A stretch of 64,000 nucleotides of DNA from a virus. Taxonomy: Duplodnaviria > Caudoviricetes. The stretch covers positions 1-64,000 of the IMG/VR virus record IMGVR_UViG_3300014205_000205; one strand, given 5' to 3'. Both the position numbers and the translations under genes were made by a program. The notes beneath the pieces were generated by a model. The model was not told where the DNA came from. It was given only the letters and a program-made list of their open reading frames with translations, and did no database searches. Below, piece after piece: positions 54,282 through 62,835 of this stretch (positions are counted from its first letter, which is position 1; each line of letters begins with the position of its first letter).

Positions 54282-54989
54282 TCATGCCTTCACGTCCAAT
54301 CGCGGGTTGAGGGGCTTCGTGTATGTTGATACCTCGGCTGGAATCAGTAGCGGAGGGAAGCCTTCTTCGGACCGGATGGCGTTCACAACATCTAGCCATT
54401 CCTGATGCGTGATGACTCCAAGGTCCGCCTCCCAATGCGCTTGGTCCAGGCGTTGACGGTAACCGAAAAAGCGCCTTTGCGCCTCTGGTGAACTTGCAGG
54501 GCTCGGCGTCGTCGGCGGTCTGTGCAAATCCCATTTGATAAATCCATCTTCCACACCGTGCCCGCAACAAGCGCCAATAGCGCCTGGAATGTGGCCCAAG
54601 CACGGGTCATGTCCCTCTGGCGTGGGCATCTTGCGGCACTGCATACAGGGTCGCTCCTGGCTGATGGGGGTCTGGTCGTCAGCGTAGAACCACGCTTTAC
54701 GGTCTTCGTCCCAGTAGATCAAGTGGCCGCGAGTGTGTGAGGTGACTGTTTTCGGTCTTGACGCTTGGGGCGGCGTCGACGATCTGGGGGTGGAGGGCTC
54801 TGTATTTACTCCACCCTTGCAGACGGTCCCCTCTCGTAGGGGAATGCCATGCGCCGGAGTTGTCGGGCTCAAGCTGTCCTGCATCCCTTTGATCTTCTTA
54901 CGCCAATGGGTATCTGTGATCTTGTAGGCGATGTACGCGCCTAAAGCGAAAGCCGCCCAGATAAGGGCGGCGATTGCGGTTGTGGTCAT
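54282..54989 (-). CDS. Single-TM protein with Cys/His-rich domain
   Basis: CMQC...GHDPCLGHIPGAIGACCGHG; start trimmed to MTTTAIA after GGAGG. Confidence 0.7.
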   Translation of the reverse strand: MTTTAIAALIWAAFALGAYIAYKITDTHWRKKIKGMQDSLSPTTPAHGIPLREGTVCKGGVNTEPSTPRSSTPPQASRPKTVTSHTRGHLIYWDEDRKAWFYADDQTPISQERPCMQCRKMPTPEGHDPCLGHIPGAIGACCGHGVEDGFIKWDLHRPPTTPSPASSPEAQRRFFGYRQRLDQAHWEADLGVITHQEWLDVVNAIRSEEGFPPLLIPAEVSTYTKPLNPRLDVKA

Positions 54990-55426
54990 GCCGCCATCCT
55001 CCAGACGATCCAAGCCGCAGCCAGAGCGATTTGCACCAGGTGCAGGGTGTTGTCGAACACGATGAGCAGCCATGTGCATTCGGGATCGTGCCCGGTAACT
55101 CGCATCAGCCACTTCACCGGCCAGCGGCGGTCTTGGATCCAGTGGATGGCGCCGAGGATAAAGCACACCACTACAAGCAAAGGAAGAACGGCAAGCCCCC
55201 AAGCGGTGCGGGCTACAAGAGCCATGCACGTAAAAACTGCCAGAGCCCACGATTCAGCGTGTAGCGTAATAGCGGTGAAAGCCATGTCGGTGCCGTTGAA
55301 AAGTGGTTTGGCCTTGTTCTGCGCCATCCAATTGGTCTGCACCACGTAGTCACCCAGCAAGTGCCCCAGGAACCCGGCAATGAAAAGTGCCGCCCATATT
55401 TGGACGGCTTCTGCTCCGTTTGTCAT
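54986..55426 (-). CDS. DUF3307-family membrane protein
   Basis: GHLLGDYVVQTNWMAQNK ... HWIQD ... DNTLH. Confidence 0.8.
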   Translation of the reverse strand: MTNGAEAVQIWAALFIAGFLGHLLGDYVVQTNWMAQNKAKPLFNGTDMAFTAITLHAESWALAVFTCMALVARTAWGLAVLPLLVVVCFILGAIHWIQDRRWPVKWLMRVTGHDPECTWLLIVFDNTLHLVQIALAAAWIVWRMAA

Positions 55427-55437
55427 TTACTTTCCCC

Positions 55438-56223
55438 CTATGCCCGAGCGCCGAAGAGTGATGCTATCCGACGCTTCAGCCAGCCGGGGGCATCGGCGAA
55501 CCCCTCTTCGATCTGACCGAAGTACGACCGGGAGATGCCGAGGAAAACCGCCGCTTGGGCCTGCGTCCAACCCATGCCCTTGCGCTGATCCCGAAGCGCA
55601 ACCATGATAGTGGGTGCTAGCTCGTCGGCCCCCTCGGTATCCATGACAAGTTGGAGAGGTCGGCGAGCGAGTTGCTTTGCCGTGCGCTCCAAGGTACCCA
55701 ATCGGCCCGTGGTCTTAGCGACTTGCTTGGCCATGGCGGCGTTTCGTTCGTCTTGGGCTCGTAGTGCTCCATGGATCGCCGCCGCAACGGTCTCTTCGAC
55801 CAACTCCCGGAGCAGCGGCGTCGCGGCACGGATGACGCTAGCCTCCATCTGGCCAGGCGACCGTTGCCGCCGAAACTCTTTCAGCATGGCCCGAACCTTC
55901 TTGCGAAACTCTGCGCCTTTGTCCGTCTGGGCCAGCATAGCGAATGAATACGCGCCCTCTTCACTCAGGACCTTGGTGTCTTGGATTCCTGAAGGGGTGG
56001 TCAATTTGACCACCCCTGTCTCGCCATCGAACTCCTCCGGATTGCGGCTCAGCAGGCGCGCTCCGCTTTGTTTCGGTTCGCTGTAGCCCAGAGCTTTGGC
56101 CACATCGATCACCGGGAAGTAGAACTCGCCGTCCTTTTCAACGAGCCTCACCTGAGCGCCATGAAAATCAAACTCAGACACCGGAACGACACGGTTCTCC
56201 ATGATCCATCTTCCCCTTCGCAT
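55438..56223 (-). CDS. Bro-N antirepressor-like protein with C-terminal XRE HTH
   Basis: FDFHGAQVRLV, FPVIDVAKALGY, LSEEGAY; RKGMGWTQAQAAVFLGISRSYFGQIE; start 56223 or 56202. Confidence 0.85.
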   Translation of the reverse strand: MRRGRWIMENRVVPVSEFDFHGAQVRLVEKDGEFYFPVIDVAKALGYSEPKQSGARLLSRNPEEFDGETGVVKLTTPSGIQDTKVLSEEGAYSFAMLAQTDKGAEFRKKVRAMLKEFRRQRSPGQMEASVIRAATPLLRELVEETVAAAIHGALRAQDERNAAMAKQVAKTTGRLGTLERTAKQLARRPLQLVMDTEGADELAPTIMVALRDQRKGMGWTQAQAAVFLGISRSYFGQIEEGFADAPGWLKRRIASLFGARA

Positions 56224-56238
56224 CTGATTTGCTCCTCT

Positions 56239-56317
56239 TTCCCCTGGATCCAAAAGCACACCAGCGCGTTCCACCGGGGGAAGTCGGTAGAACTAGGCCT
56301 GGCCGGGCCCGCTGGTG
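56239..56317 (-). ncRNA. Candidate cis RNA: three-way junction plus pseudoknot (element 3)
   Basis: P1 8 bp CACCAGCG/CGCUGGUG; P2 4 bp; P3 8 bp; loop UUCCCC pairs with GGGGAA next to the RBS. Confidence 0.45.
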
Positions 56318-56324
56318 GCAAACT

Positions 56325-56819
56325 TTACACCTCGACGCTATGGGGCATATGCACCATCCGCCACGCCGACGCCGCCATTGCCGCCTCAGCCTCCGACGAA
56401 AAATATCCAAGATGGTATGCCTTCCCGTTCAGCCTTTCTGCAGCCCGCCATTTCTGACGCTGTTTGCTCCACCACACGCCGCGGTGTTTTGACGTTGAAC
56501 CTTCGTATGATCCTCGGTTCTGATGGTTTTCCGCGCAGGTGACCACCCGCAAATTTTCTCTCCGATTATCCAGCCGATTACGGTTTATATGGTCAACTTG
56601 CATGTCAGAATCCGGCCCCAAGCCCATTATCACCCGATGCATCAGGACGACCGTTGTCCGACCTCGTGACCTCCTGGAATGACAGGCGTAACCGCCAGAG
56701 TGTAAATGCCACGTTTGATGCTCTACAGTAGCCGAAGTTTCGCGATCAACCATTGCATTGGCTGTTATCACACCGTCAATCCCATACAATGGTATTTGAA
56801 CAAAATCACTGCACGCCAT
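56325..56819 (-). CDS. HNH endonuclease with AP2 domain (free-standing homing type)
   Basis: MHRVIM, VDHINRNRLDNRRENLR, SKHRGV..KWRA..HLGYF. Confidence 0.92.
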   Translation of the reverse strand: MACSDFVQIPLYGIDGVITANAMVDRETSATVEHQTWHLHSGGYACHSRRSRGRTTVVLMHRVIMGLGPDSDMQVDHINRNRLDNRRENLRVVTCAENHQNRGSYEGSTSKHRGVWWSKQRQKWRAAERLNGKAYHLGYFSSEAEAAMAASAWRMVHMPHSVEV

Positions 56820-56908
56820 CTTTCTGCCTCCAATCTAAAACGCCTCTCCTGTTGGTGGAGGGGCGCTGCGCTGTCGTGTTTGGGTTCTACTGGCGAGGGC
56901 GCACCAGC

Positions 56909-57403
56909 CTATTTGCTCACGCTTTTGGCGTGTTGAAACCAATTGCTCTGCGCCAGCCCTTCACTAATGGCCCGGCTAGACCACCCGCAACTGCACACGA
57001 CTTTGAACCTCTCGCCATCGGGGCCGCGGGAGGCCACCTCGTGAGGCGGTTCTTTATCGGAGCGCTCCTTCTCTTGAGACTCTTTCTCTGACCGCAGACG
57101 CGCCGCGCGCTGTTCCTTAAGTAATTCTGATGTGATATCGGGCACTCGCTGATGCGCGATCTCGGCGATTAACCGCTGCACATCGTCCAAGGCGTACTTC
57201 AATAGGCGGCCGGATGGGGCGAGTCTGGGTTCCGTGTGGATCTTACCCTCGATCTGCTCCAGAATCGTGCCGACCCGGGCGCGGGTCTGGTCCCAGACTG
57301 TAGCCTTGATCTCCTCTACCAGAGCCGCAACCTCGGAAGCTGAATACCGCCTGATGTCCGCAGTGTTGGCCTTCGGAACGAAATCTTCGATCCCTTCCAT
57401 CAT
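56909..57403 (-). CDS. Hypothetical protein with C-terminal Zn-ribbon-like motif
   Basis: FKVVCSCGW...WFQH; AAGGAG RBS. Confidence 0.7.
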   Translation of the reverse strand: MMEGIEDFVPKANTADIRRYSASEVAALVEEIKATVWDQTRARVGTILEQIEGKIHTEPRLAPSGRLLKYALDDVQRLIAEIAHQRVPDITSELLKEQRAARLRSEKESQEKERSDKEPPHEVASRGPDGERFKVVCSCGWSSRAISEGLAQSNWFQHAKSVSK

Positions 57404-57526
57404 TCATCGTCTCCTTCGCTTTGCTTGTCGGTTCTTCGCTATGCTTCGCTTGGCTTTGCCCTCGCCAAAATCTAAAGAGCGCCCTTCTCCGCAGAGAGGA
57501 CGCCCGATTGTGCAAAATAATCATCA

Positions 57527-57585
57527 ACAGTGTACGTATACGGGCTAAATACCGCTTGACAGTGTACGTACACATGCGGTATACT
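57527..57585 (+). promoter_or_regulatory. SigmaA promoter with palindromic operator, plus an upstream partial operator
   Basis: TTGACA 57556-61, GTGTACGTACAC 57562-73, TATACT 57580-85; ACAGTGTACGTATAC at 57527-41. Confidence 0.85.
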
Positions 57586-57617
57586 GAGTTCAGAAGGTAG
57601 CGAAAGGGGTTGCGGAC

Positions 57618-58001
57618 ATGAGCGGATACGTGGACGCCTTGACAGGCAAATGGGACGGCAAGTTTCACCCGGTAGTGATAGCCAGCCAGGTGCAACAAGC
57701 GCAGGAATTGATGGCGTCTTTTGACACCGATGCCACCGTGGACGCCAACGGCGTGGTCCGGTGGAACAGCAACAAGCAGGTCCCGCCGCAGGATGTCTTG
57801 GAGCTCTGGGCTTACGCTCACAAGTCCTTTAACCTAGAAGCCAGCACCGAGGCCCGCAAGGTCGATACCGACACCTTCCTGACCACCTACCGCAAGAACT
57901 ACAAGACACCATCAGCCGAACACCGGGCAGCAGCTCGGGCGGCCCACGGCCCCGGAGTGACTTTGGTCGACGTGATCAGCGGGCACCGATTCCGGACCTA
58001 A
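57618..58001 (+). CDS. Hypothetical early protein
   Basis: 127 aa; AAAGGGG RBS. Confidence 0.75.
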   Translation: MSGYVDALTGKWDGKFHPVVIASQVQQAQELMASFDTDATVDANGVVRWNSNKQVPPQDVLELWAYAHKSFNLEASTEARKVDTDTFLTTYRKNYKTPSAEHRAAARAAHGPGVTLVDVISGHRFRT

Positions 58002-58021
58002 GATTCGAAGGAGGACCGCTG

Positions 58022-58348
58022 GTGTACGCTGTGAACATCACGGACATGGAGGCTTGCGGAACGTCTGCCAGCCTCCTGATGCGATCCTTGACCATCTCTT
58101 TGCAGGCGGTTTCCATAGATTCGGATGAGGTGGATAGCGACGCTTTGGTCTGCAATCATCCGAACCAGACGCAGGTAAAAGCGGCCTTGCAAATCCTCAT
58201 CAGGATCGCACGCAACCGCAAGCGCCGTCTGCGCATCTACCAGCAGGGCAAAAGAGGCGGCTGGAAACGGGCCACCATCAACCCAGAGGAAGTGACCTCT
58301 GAGGACATGGCCCTTGTGGATCCCTCTGGTCAGATGCGGTTCTTTTGA
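58022..58348 (+). CDS. Hypothetical early protein
   Basis: 108 aa; AAGGAGG RBS. Confidence 0.7.
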   Translation: MYAVNITDMEACGTSASLLMRSLTISLQAVSIDSDEVDSDALVCNHPNQTQVKAALQILIRIARNRKRRLRIYQQGKRGGWKRATINPEEVTSEDMALVDPSGQMRFF

Positions 58349-58393
58349 AACCGAGCCAGCGGGTCCTGTCACAAACGAAAGGCGGAACTCAAC

Positions 58394-58642
58394 GTGTCAC
58401 CACAAAAGCCGGGAGCAAACCGGCGCACCACCTGGACAAGCCGCAAGGACGCGGAAGGAAACCTCCTTGGTAACCGTACCGTGTACCTCACTGGGGTCAT
58501 GGCTGCCGAATTGGACCAAGGAGCCCGCGAGGCGGGGTTCGTGTTCGTCAAGACAGTCAAGGGTCAACCTGTTGAAGTGGTCGACTTGCAAGGCTACATC
58601 ATGAGCTTGCACCACGCGGCCAAAGGCATCACTCCCAAGTGA
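58394..58642 (+). CDS. Hypothetical early protein
   Basis: 82 aa; AAAGGCGG RBS. Confidence 0.6.
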   Translation: MSPQKPGANRRTTWTSRKDAEGNLLGNRTVYLTGVMAAELDQGAREAGFVFVKTVKGQPVEVVDLQGYIMSLHHAAKGITPK

Positions 58643-58684
58643 GATAGGTTCGAAAAGTTTTTGAAAAAAGTTTCGTCTAACCCC

Positions 58685-58712
58685 TTTACAGTGTACGTAC
58701 ACATGGTATACT
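58685..58712 (+). promoter_or_regulatory. SigmaA promoter with the same palindromic operator
   Basis: TTTACA 58685-90, GTGTACGTACAC 58691-702, TATACT 58707-12. Confidence 0.85.
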
Positions 58713-58749
58713 TGTCTCAGAAGGACAGGAACGGAAGGGGCTGGCGAAG

Positions 58750-58902
58750 ATGCCGCAACAGAAGCTGTACATCTGCCGGATCGATAAGCACGGCAAGGAG
58801 AACTGGTACCTAGATAGCCGTCTCGCACGCCGCTTGATCCGGGTCTCTGCCGACGAAGCGAAACTCGCCATCGCCACCGGAACCGGCCGCAGGTCAGACT
58901 AA
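58750..58902 (+). CDS. Small basic protein (50 aa, absent from ORF track)
   Basis: MPQQKLYICRIDKHGKENWYLD...; AAGGGG RBS after promoter. Confidence 0.65.
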   Translation: MPQQKLYICRIDKHGKENWYLDSRLARRLIRVSADEAKLAIATGTGRRSD

Positions 58903-58955
58903 CGGAGCGCAGACAACGGCTACAGTCCCCATGTGTATGGGGGTGGATACCGAAT

Positions 58956-59216
58956 TTGATTCGAGGAGGTTTTACCGTGGAATACACGACGCCCGACCAG
59001 GCGTGGGATGGACTAGTTGGTTCGCAGACGCCCGCCCAGTTCATGCAGTCCAGTCGCGAAATGGGTTTGACGACCGTTGAGGATGCCTGCGCCGCCTACG
59101 CCCAGACGATTCCGGCCATGTTCGACGGCTGGAGCGCCGAGAACCCCGAGGTTGACCTGAACGAGATCGCTGGTCTGTTGGCTCGGTACATCCGGACGAG
59201 TGAGCCGAACGCCTAA
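58956..59216 (+). CDS. Hypothetical early protein
   Basis: GAGGAGG RBS; start may be GTG near 58977. Confidence 0.65.
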   Translation: MIRGGFTVEYTTPDQAWDGLVGSQTPAQFMQSSREMGLTTVEDACAAYAQTIPAMFDGWSAENPEVDLNEIAGLLARYIRTSEPNA

Positions 59217-59271
59217 CCACCCAGGCCAGCCGGGGCCTAATACCGGCGTAGTAGAGAAAGGGGCGCTCGCC

Positions 59272-59589
59272 ATGGGATACATCAGCAGCTTTACCCCCGC
59301 TCGCGTCCGCAAGGGTACCGACTGGGGCAAGCGTCCGTGCTTTGTTTGCGGCCACAACACCACCAAGACGCCCGCCGCATGGACACCGCCCTTGATCTGC
59401 CACCGGCCAGCCTTTGCGGCCACCGGGCACGTCGAGGCAACGCATCACCGTCTATGCTCCAAGTGCCGGACCTGGATTACGCCGGACGGACGGTTTAAGA
59501 TGCCCGGCGCTCCCGCCGAGTCGCTTGCCGCTCGGTGCGAATTTGAAGTTGCTCCTCCCGGAACCAATATCGTCTACTACAGAGACTAG
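59272..59589 (+). CDS. Zn-finger hypothetical protein
   Basis: CFVCGH...HHRLCSKC; AAAGGGG RBS. Confidence 0.7.
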   Translation: MGYISSFTPARVRKGTDWGKRPCFVCGHNTTKTPAAWTPPLICHRPAFAATGHVEATHHRLCSKCRTWITPDGRFKMPGAPAESLAARCEFEVAPPGTNIVYYRD

Positions 59590-59633
59590 CCCGGCTAACT
59601 ACCGGGCTCTACACTGGAAAGGGGGCGCTCGTC

Positions 59634-59876
59634 ATGGCGCCAATCACAACACAAAAGGTCAACGCCATCCTGAGCAAGCACTTTCAGAAGGCCACCGCTG
59701 ACAAACCGGGATTCACGGTCGGTAAATTCATGGGCTCTGTTGACTGCATCATAGTCGGCCACGAACCCCAGGGCGCTCCGCACTTGGTTTCTGCGTATGC
59801 CGAGGTGCTAAAGGCCGCAAGGGTGCGAGTGGAGGCAGGGAGCTTCGCAATCATTTGCCACGGGATTGAGGACTGA
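59634..59876 (+). CDS. Hypothetical early protein
   Basis: 80 aa; AAAGGGGG RBS. Confidence 0.7.
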   Translation: MAPITTQKVNAILSKHFQKATADKPGFTVGKFMGSVDCIIVGHEPQGAPHLVSAYAEVLKAARVRVEAGSFAIICHGIED

Positions 59877-59974
59877 GTCCAGGCTCCGTAGCGGGCAACC
59901 GCTCCCCCTCGTCTGTACCGCCAAGTTCTGGCTTGGCAGCAGAGACCAGGGGTTCCGATTAGGAGGTTTGAATC

Positions 59975-60334
59975 GTGGATGTTACCCTGTCCCCGGCTTC
60001 GGTCCAGGCTATCCAAACTAATGGCTATGGCGATTTTCCTGAGTTACTGACCGGCCACATCGCTGCCGCCTTGGCGGCCTACTACCAACGGGGGATTATT
60101 TGGAACCTGCGAGATGGTGAGGTGGTCGACCCAAAACGCCTCGATGCGCTGAACGGCCTGCGGCTAGAGTTGACGGCGGGCGAGTACCTCCCGTACCGGA
60201 TCCTGAACGGCCGGCTGTGCTGGGGCTCTCGGATGCAGGATGGGCATGTCGAGTGGTGGAGTGTAGGTGATTGCGTGCCGATCATGTCGGACGTGCCGGG
60301 CTGCATAAGCACTTCCCCCTCAGTGGCATCCTAG
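59975..60334 (+). CDS. Hypothetical early protein
   Basis: 119 aa; AGGAGG RBS. Confidence 0.65.
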   Translation: MDVTLSPASVQAIQTNGYGDFPELLTGHIAAALAAYYQRGIIWNLRDGEVVDPKRLDALNGLRLELTAGEYLPYRILNGRLCWGSRMQDGHVEWWSVGDCVPIMSDVPGCISTSPSVAS

Positions 60335-60370
60335 AGCTTGCAGGCGTTGTGTCGGCTCGGTTGTGCCTGT

Positions 60371-60398
60371 ATCCCCTACCTTTCGGGTGGGGGATTTT
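60371..60398 (+). terminator. Terminator closing the + strand island
   Basis: ATCCCC-TACC/GGT-GGGGGAT stem followed by TTT. Confidence 0.7.
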
Positions 60399-60399
60399 G

Positions 60400-60567
60400 C
60401 TATGTTTTAGTGGCGAGGAATAGGGCCCCTGCTATCCATCCCAACATCGCGATCATTGCGGCGAGTGGGTCGAGTTTCCTGGCGATTCCGAGGGCCAAAT
60501 GCACGGCCGCCAATGCGAGCGCCAACCTGCTCGCCCATAAGAGCACTGTGCGCTTCCATGCGATCAA
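60400..60567 (-). CDS. Small two-TM protein (55 aa, absent from ORF track)
   Basis: MIAWKRTVLLWASRLALALAAVHLALG...; GAGGGG RBS. Confidence 0.6.
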   Translation of the reverse strand: MIAWKRTVLLWASRLALALAAVHLALGIARKLDPLAAMIAMLGWIAGALFLATKT

Positions 60568-60746
60568 GCCTTATCCCCTCCCTCTCCCTGGGCTCTGACC
60601 GTCTTGAATGCGTCCGGGGGAACTCCGCAGTCGATGGCCAGTTCCTGCAGCTCCTCTGGCGTCATCCCATCAATCATGGTGCGGAACTTGCGGCCTAATT
60701 CCGTCTGTGGGAACTTCTGCTTCACGCTCGCCACCTCCGATCGCAA
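60564..60746 (-). CDS. Small hypothetical protein
   Basis: About 60 aa; start uncertain. Confidence 0.55.
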   Translation of the reverse strand: MRSEVASVKQKFPQTELGRKFRTMIDGMTPEELQELAIDCGVPPDAFKTVRAQGEGGDKA

Positions 60747-61572
60747 ACTCCGCCCCGGGCCGCGTCTGGTCCAGCAGCTCCGCCACGCTTCGCAAGGTTT
60801 TGGCCAGGTTGTAGGGGTGCCCAGCCTGCGGGATCTTGGGTAGCGCCACGTCGATACCCGCCGTCCTTGCAGCGTCTGCCAGGGCCTCCAGGAATGTCAT
60901 GGCCGTATCAGGGATGGGCGCCAGTCCGTTGAGCGATTCTGCCCTACGCTCCCAGCTCTTGGCGATTTTCGCTTGCACGTGCAGGCCATAGTCCCCGGCC
61001 AGACACCGGGCAACGTAGGCCGCCGCTTCTCTGCCCTTGATGATCCGCTCTGCCTCTTTCGCCCCATCCTCCGCGCCGAATCGTTTGACCTTGCGCACTG
61101 GGAGGTACCCGCCCGCCCGCAATCGGTCCTCAAATGCGCCGGCGCCCTCCGCCGCATGGTAGCAACCAACCAGCCATGCGACTCGTTCCTCCGAGCTTAG
61201 CCCCAGGCCATTGGGGTGCTCCGCTCGGGCCACGGTGCGCAGATGACCCAGGCCGATGCGCTGACACCATTGCGTATCGGAAATGCCTTCCTGATTGAAA
61301 GCCCATCGCAGGTCTTTTTCGTTGATCTTGCGCGCCCAACCGAGATCTACCTTCATGGCTTCCGGCGATGTCCCGGCAAGCTCCGCATACGACAAGATGA
61401 TTTCTTCGTGTTGTGCTTGTGGCTTTTCGCGGAGTTCGTCCACGATGTAGTAGACTGCCATGGTTCGCGCAAACCTGCTGGCGCCCATAGCCTGCCCGAA
61501 TTTGAGCCGATTGGGCGATTCGTCGGCCTGGCGTTGCTCCTCGCGGCTCATCTCTGATACTGCCGCTACCAT
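60670..61572 (-). CDS. Hypothetical helical protein
   Basis: Start trimmed to MVAAVSEM after GAGGGAGG. Confidence 0.7.
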   Translation of the reverse strand: MVAAVSEMSREEQRQADESPNRLKFGQAMGASRFARTMAVYYIVDELREKPQAQHEEIILSYAELAGTSPEAMKVDLGWARKINEKDLRWAFNQEGISDTQWCQRIGLGHLRTVARAEHPNGLGLSSEERVAWLVGCYHAAEGAGAFEDRLRAGGYLPVRKVKRFGAEDGAKEAERIIKGREAAAYVARCLAGDYGLHVQAKIAKSWERRAESLNGLAPIPDTAMTFLEALADAARTAGIDVALPKIPQAGHPYNLAKTLRSVAELLDQTRPGAEFAIGGGEREAEVPTDGIRPQVPHHD

Positions 61573-61585
61573 GGTGGTCCTCCCT

Positions 61586-61990
61586 CTATCCGTCGAGCGT
61601 GAGCCAGTCAGCCTGCTCCAGGAACTCCTCAACGCCATAGTAGACGTTGATGCCCAGTTGTTCGGCAAATAGCACCTCCTGGTCTGCCCCCGGCGATTCG
61701 CCCGGCAGCCGAATCAGCGCGTCGCACCGGCTAATCCATGCAAGGTCAAGTTCCATCCAGTCTTCGTAGGGGTGAGGGGTTTGGAGGTGCCAGAAGTGAC
61801 TAAGATGGGGAATGTACGGCGCATACCCAAGCTTCAGGAGTGGATCTGCCGCCGCTATGGCAATGCGGGTGTTCTCCGCAGGGTCTGGTTTGGTGTAAGG
61901 AGCCGAAATGTAGACGAACCGCAAGGCCTTGCCCTCCTCAGATGTACCGATCTGGACGCCAGCCGTCAGGAACCGCGTAGAAGCAACCAA
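61586..61990 (-). CDS. DUF4406/DUF1937-like (nucleoside deoxyribosyltransferase-like fold)
   Basis: VYISAPYT, APYIPH, WISRCDALIRLPGESPGADQEV. Confidence 0.8.
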   Translation of the reverse strand: MVASTRFLTAGVQIGTSEEGKALRFVYISAPYTKPDPAENTRIAIAAADPLLKLGYAPYIPHLSHFWHLQTPHPYEDWMELDLAWISRCDALIRLPGESPGADQEVLFAEQLGINVYYGVEEFLEQADWLTLDG

Positions 61991-62171
61991 GCGTTAGCCA
62001 TGGCTCTTCCGATTCGTGATAGAAGCCCCAATCACGTTCGCTCCATACCGGCTTGTCCAGCCATGCGGCAAGGTCCAGGAGTGCGCCAACCCAGAATGGT
62101 TTCATGCTGTGCGCCTCCACGGCACCCACCCAAGGAATCGATAACGCCGAATCTTGCTCATGGCATAGCAC
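61938..62171 (-). CDS. Small Trp-rich hypothetical protein
   Basis: Short ORF in a tightly packed run. Confidence 0.45.
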   Translation of the reverse strand: MLCHEQDSALSIPWVGAVEAHSMKPFWVGALLDLAAWLDKPVWSERDWGFYHESEEPWLTLGCFYAVPDGWRPDRYI

Positions 62172-62284
62172 CCGAAACAGAGTTGGGGCCCGCCGCGCGC
62201 CATGGCGATATAGATTTCATCGCCGCGTTGAGGATGCCCGCAACGGTGGCAAGGTAGGTTCAGACTCACGCACTGGTTGCTCAT
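62102..62284 (-). CDS. Small Zn-finger protein
   Basis: CHRC...CFGC; GAGGAGGAG RBS. Confidence 0.6.
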   Translation of the reverse strand: MSNQCVSLNLPCHRCGHPQRGDEIYIAMARGGPQLCFGCYAMSKIRRYRFLGWVPWRRTA

Positions 62285-62318
62285 GCCGCATCTCCTCCTC
62301 TAGACCACTATCCGATGT

Positions 62319-62528
62319 CTAATCCCGCAGTCCGGCATATGGTTGGTTGGTCCACCCGTGGAATTTGCAGACGGGGCAATCGCTGTGATGTGGGCCTGAC
62401 CACACGAGGGGAGCGCACCCGTTTGGACACATTCCTTCCGACCAGTTTCGGTCGTGCCTGCGAAAGGCCACGGCCATTTCAGCATCCTTCTTCGGATCAC
62501 CGCTTGACTGAAAGGCAATCTCCCTCAT
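62319..62528 (-). CDS. Small Zn-finger protein
   Basis: CPNGC...CPVC. Confidence 0.6.
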   Translation of the reverse strand: MREIAFQSSGDPKKDAEMAVAFRRHDRNWSEGMCPNGCAPLVWSGPHHSDCPVCKFHGWTNQPYAGLRD

Positions 62529-62539
62529 CGTTCATACCC

Positions 62540-62791
62540 CTATCTGGTGTTCCGCAAATCGTAAGCTGTTTGCAGGTTCACCCATACTTGCGCGCTTGTG
62601 CCAAACGCCGCTGCCAGGCCGGACGCGGTGTCTGGAGTGATGCCGCACTTGCCGTCTAGAAGATCGCCAACCGTCTGAGCGGTACAGCCGAGAATCTCTG
62701 CAAGGCCCGCTTGTGTCCAGCCCCGCGCCTCAATCTCTGCTTTTATGTAGTCCCCTGGAGGGAATACTTCTGCCGCCGTGATACTGCACAC
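62540..62791 (-). CDS. higA: HigA-like XRE antitoxin / regulator
   Basis: FPPGDYIKAEIEARGWTQAGLAEILG, GITPDTASGLAAAFGTSAQVWVNLQTAYDL. Confidence 0.85.
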   Translation of the reverse strand: MCSITAAEVFPPGDYIKAEIEARGWTQAGLAEILGCTAQTVGDLLDGKCGITPDTASGLAAAFGTSAQVWVNLQTAYDLRNTR

Positions 62792-62835
62792 GCCATTTCC
62801 TCCACATCAAGATATCCGGTGATCCGATGATTTTC

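Noticed and set aside
54282-55250. 322-aa fusion ORF
   Set aside because: The upstream part overlaps the DUF3307 gene out of frame; start reassigned to 54989.
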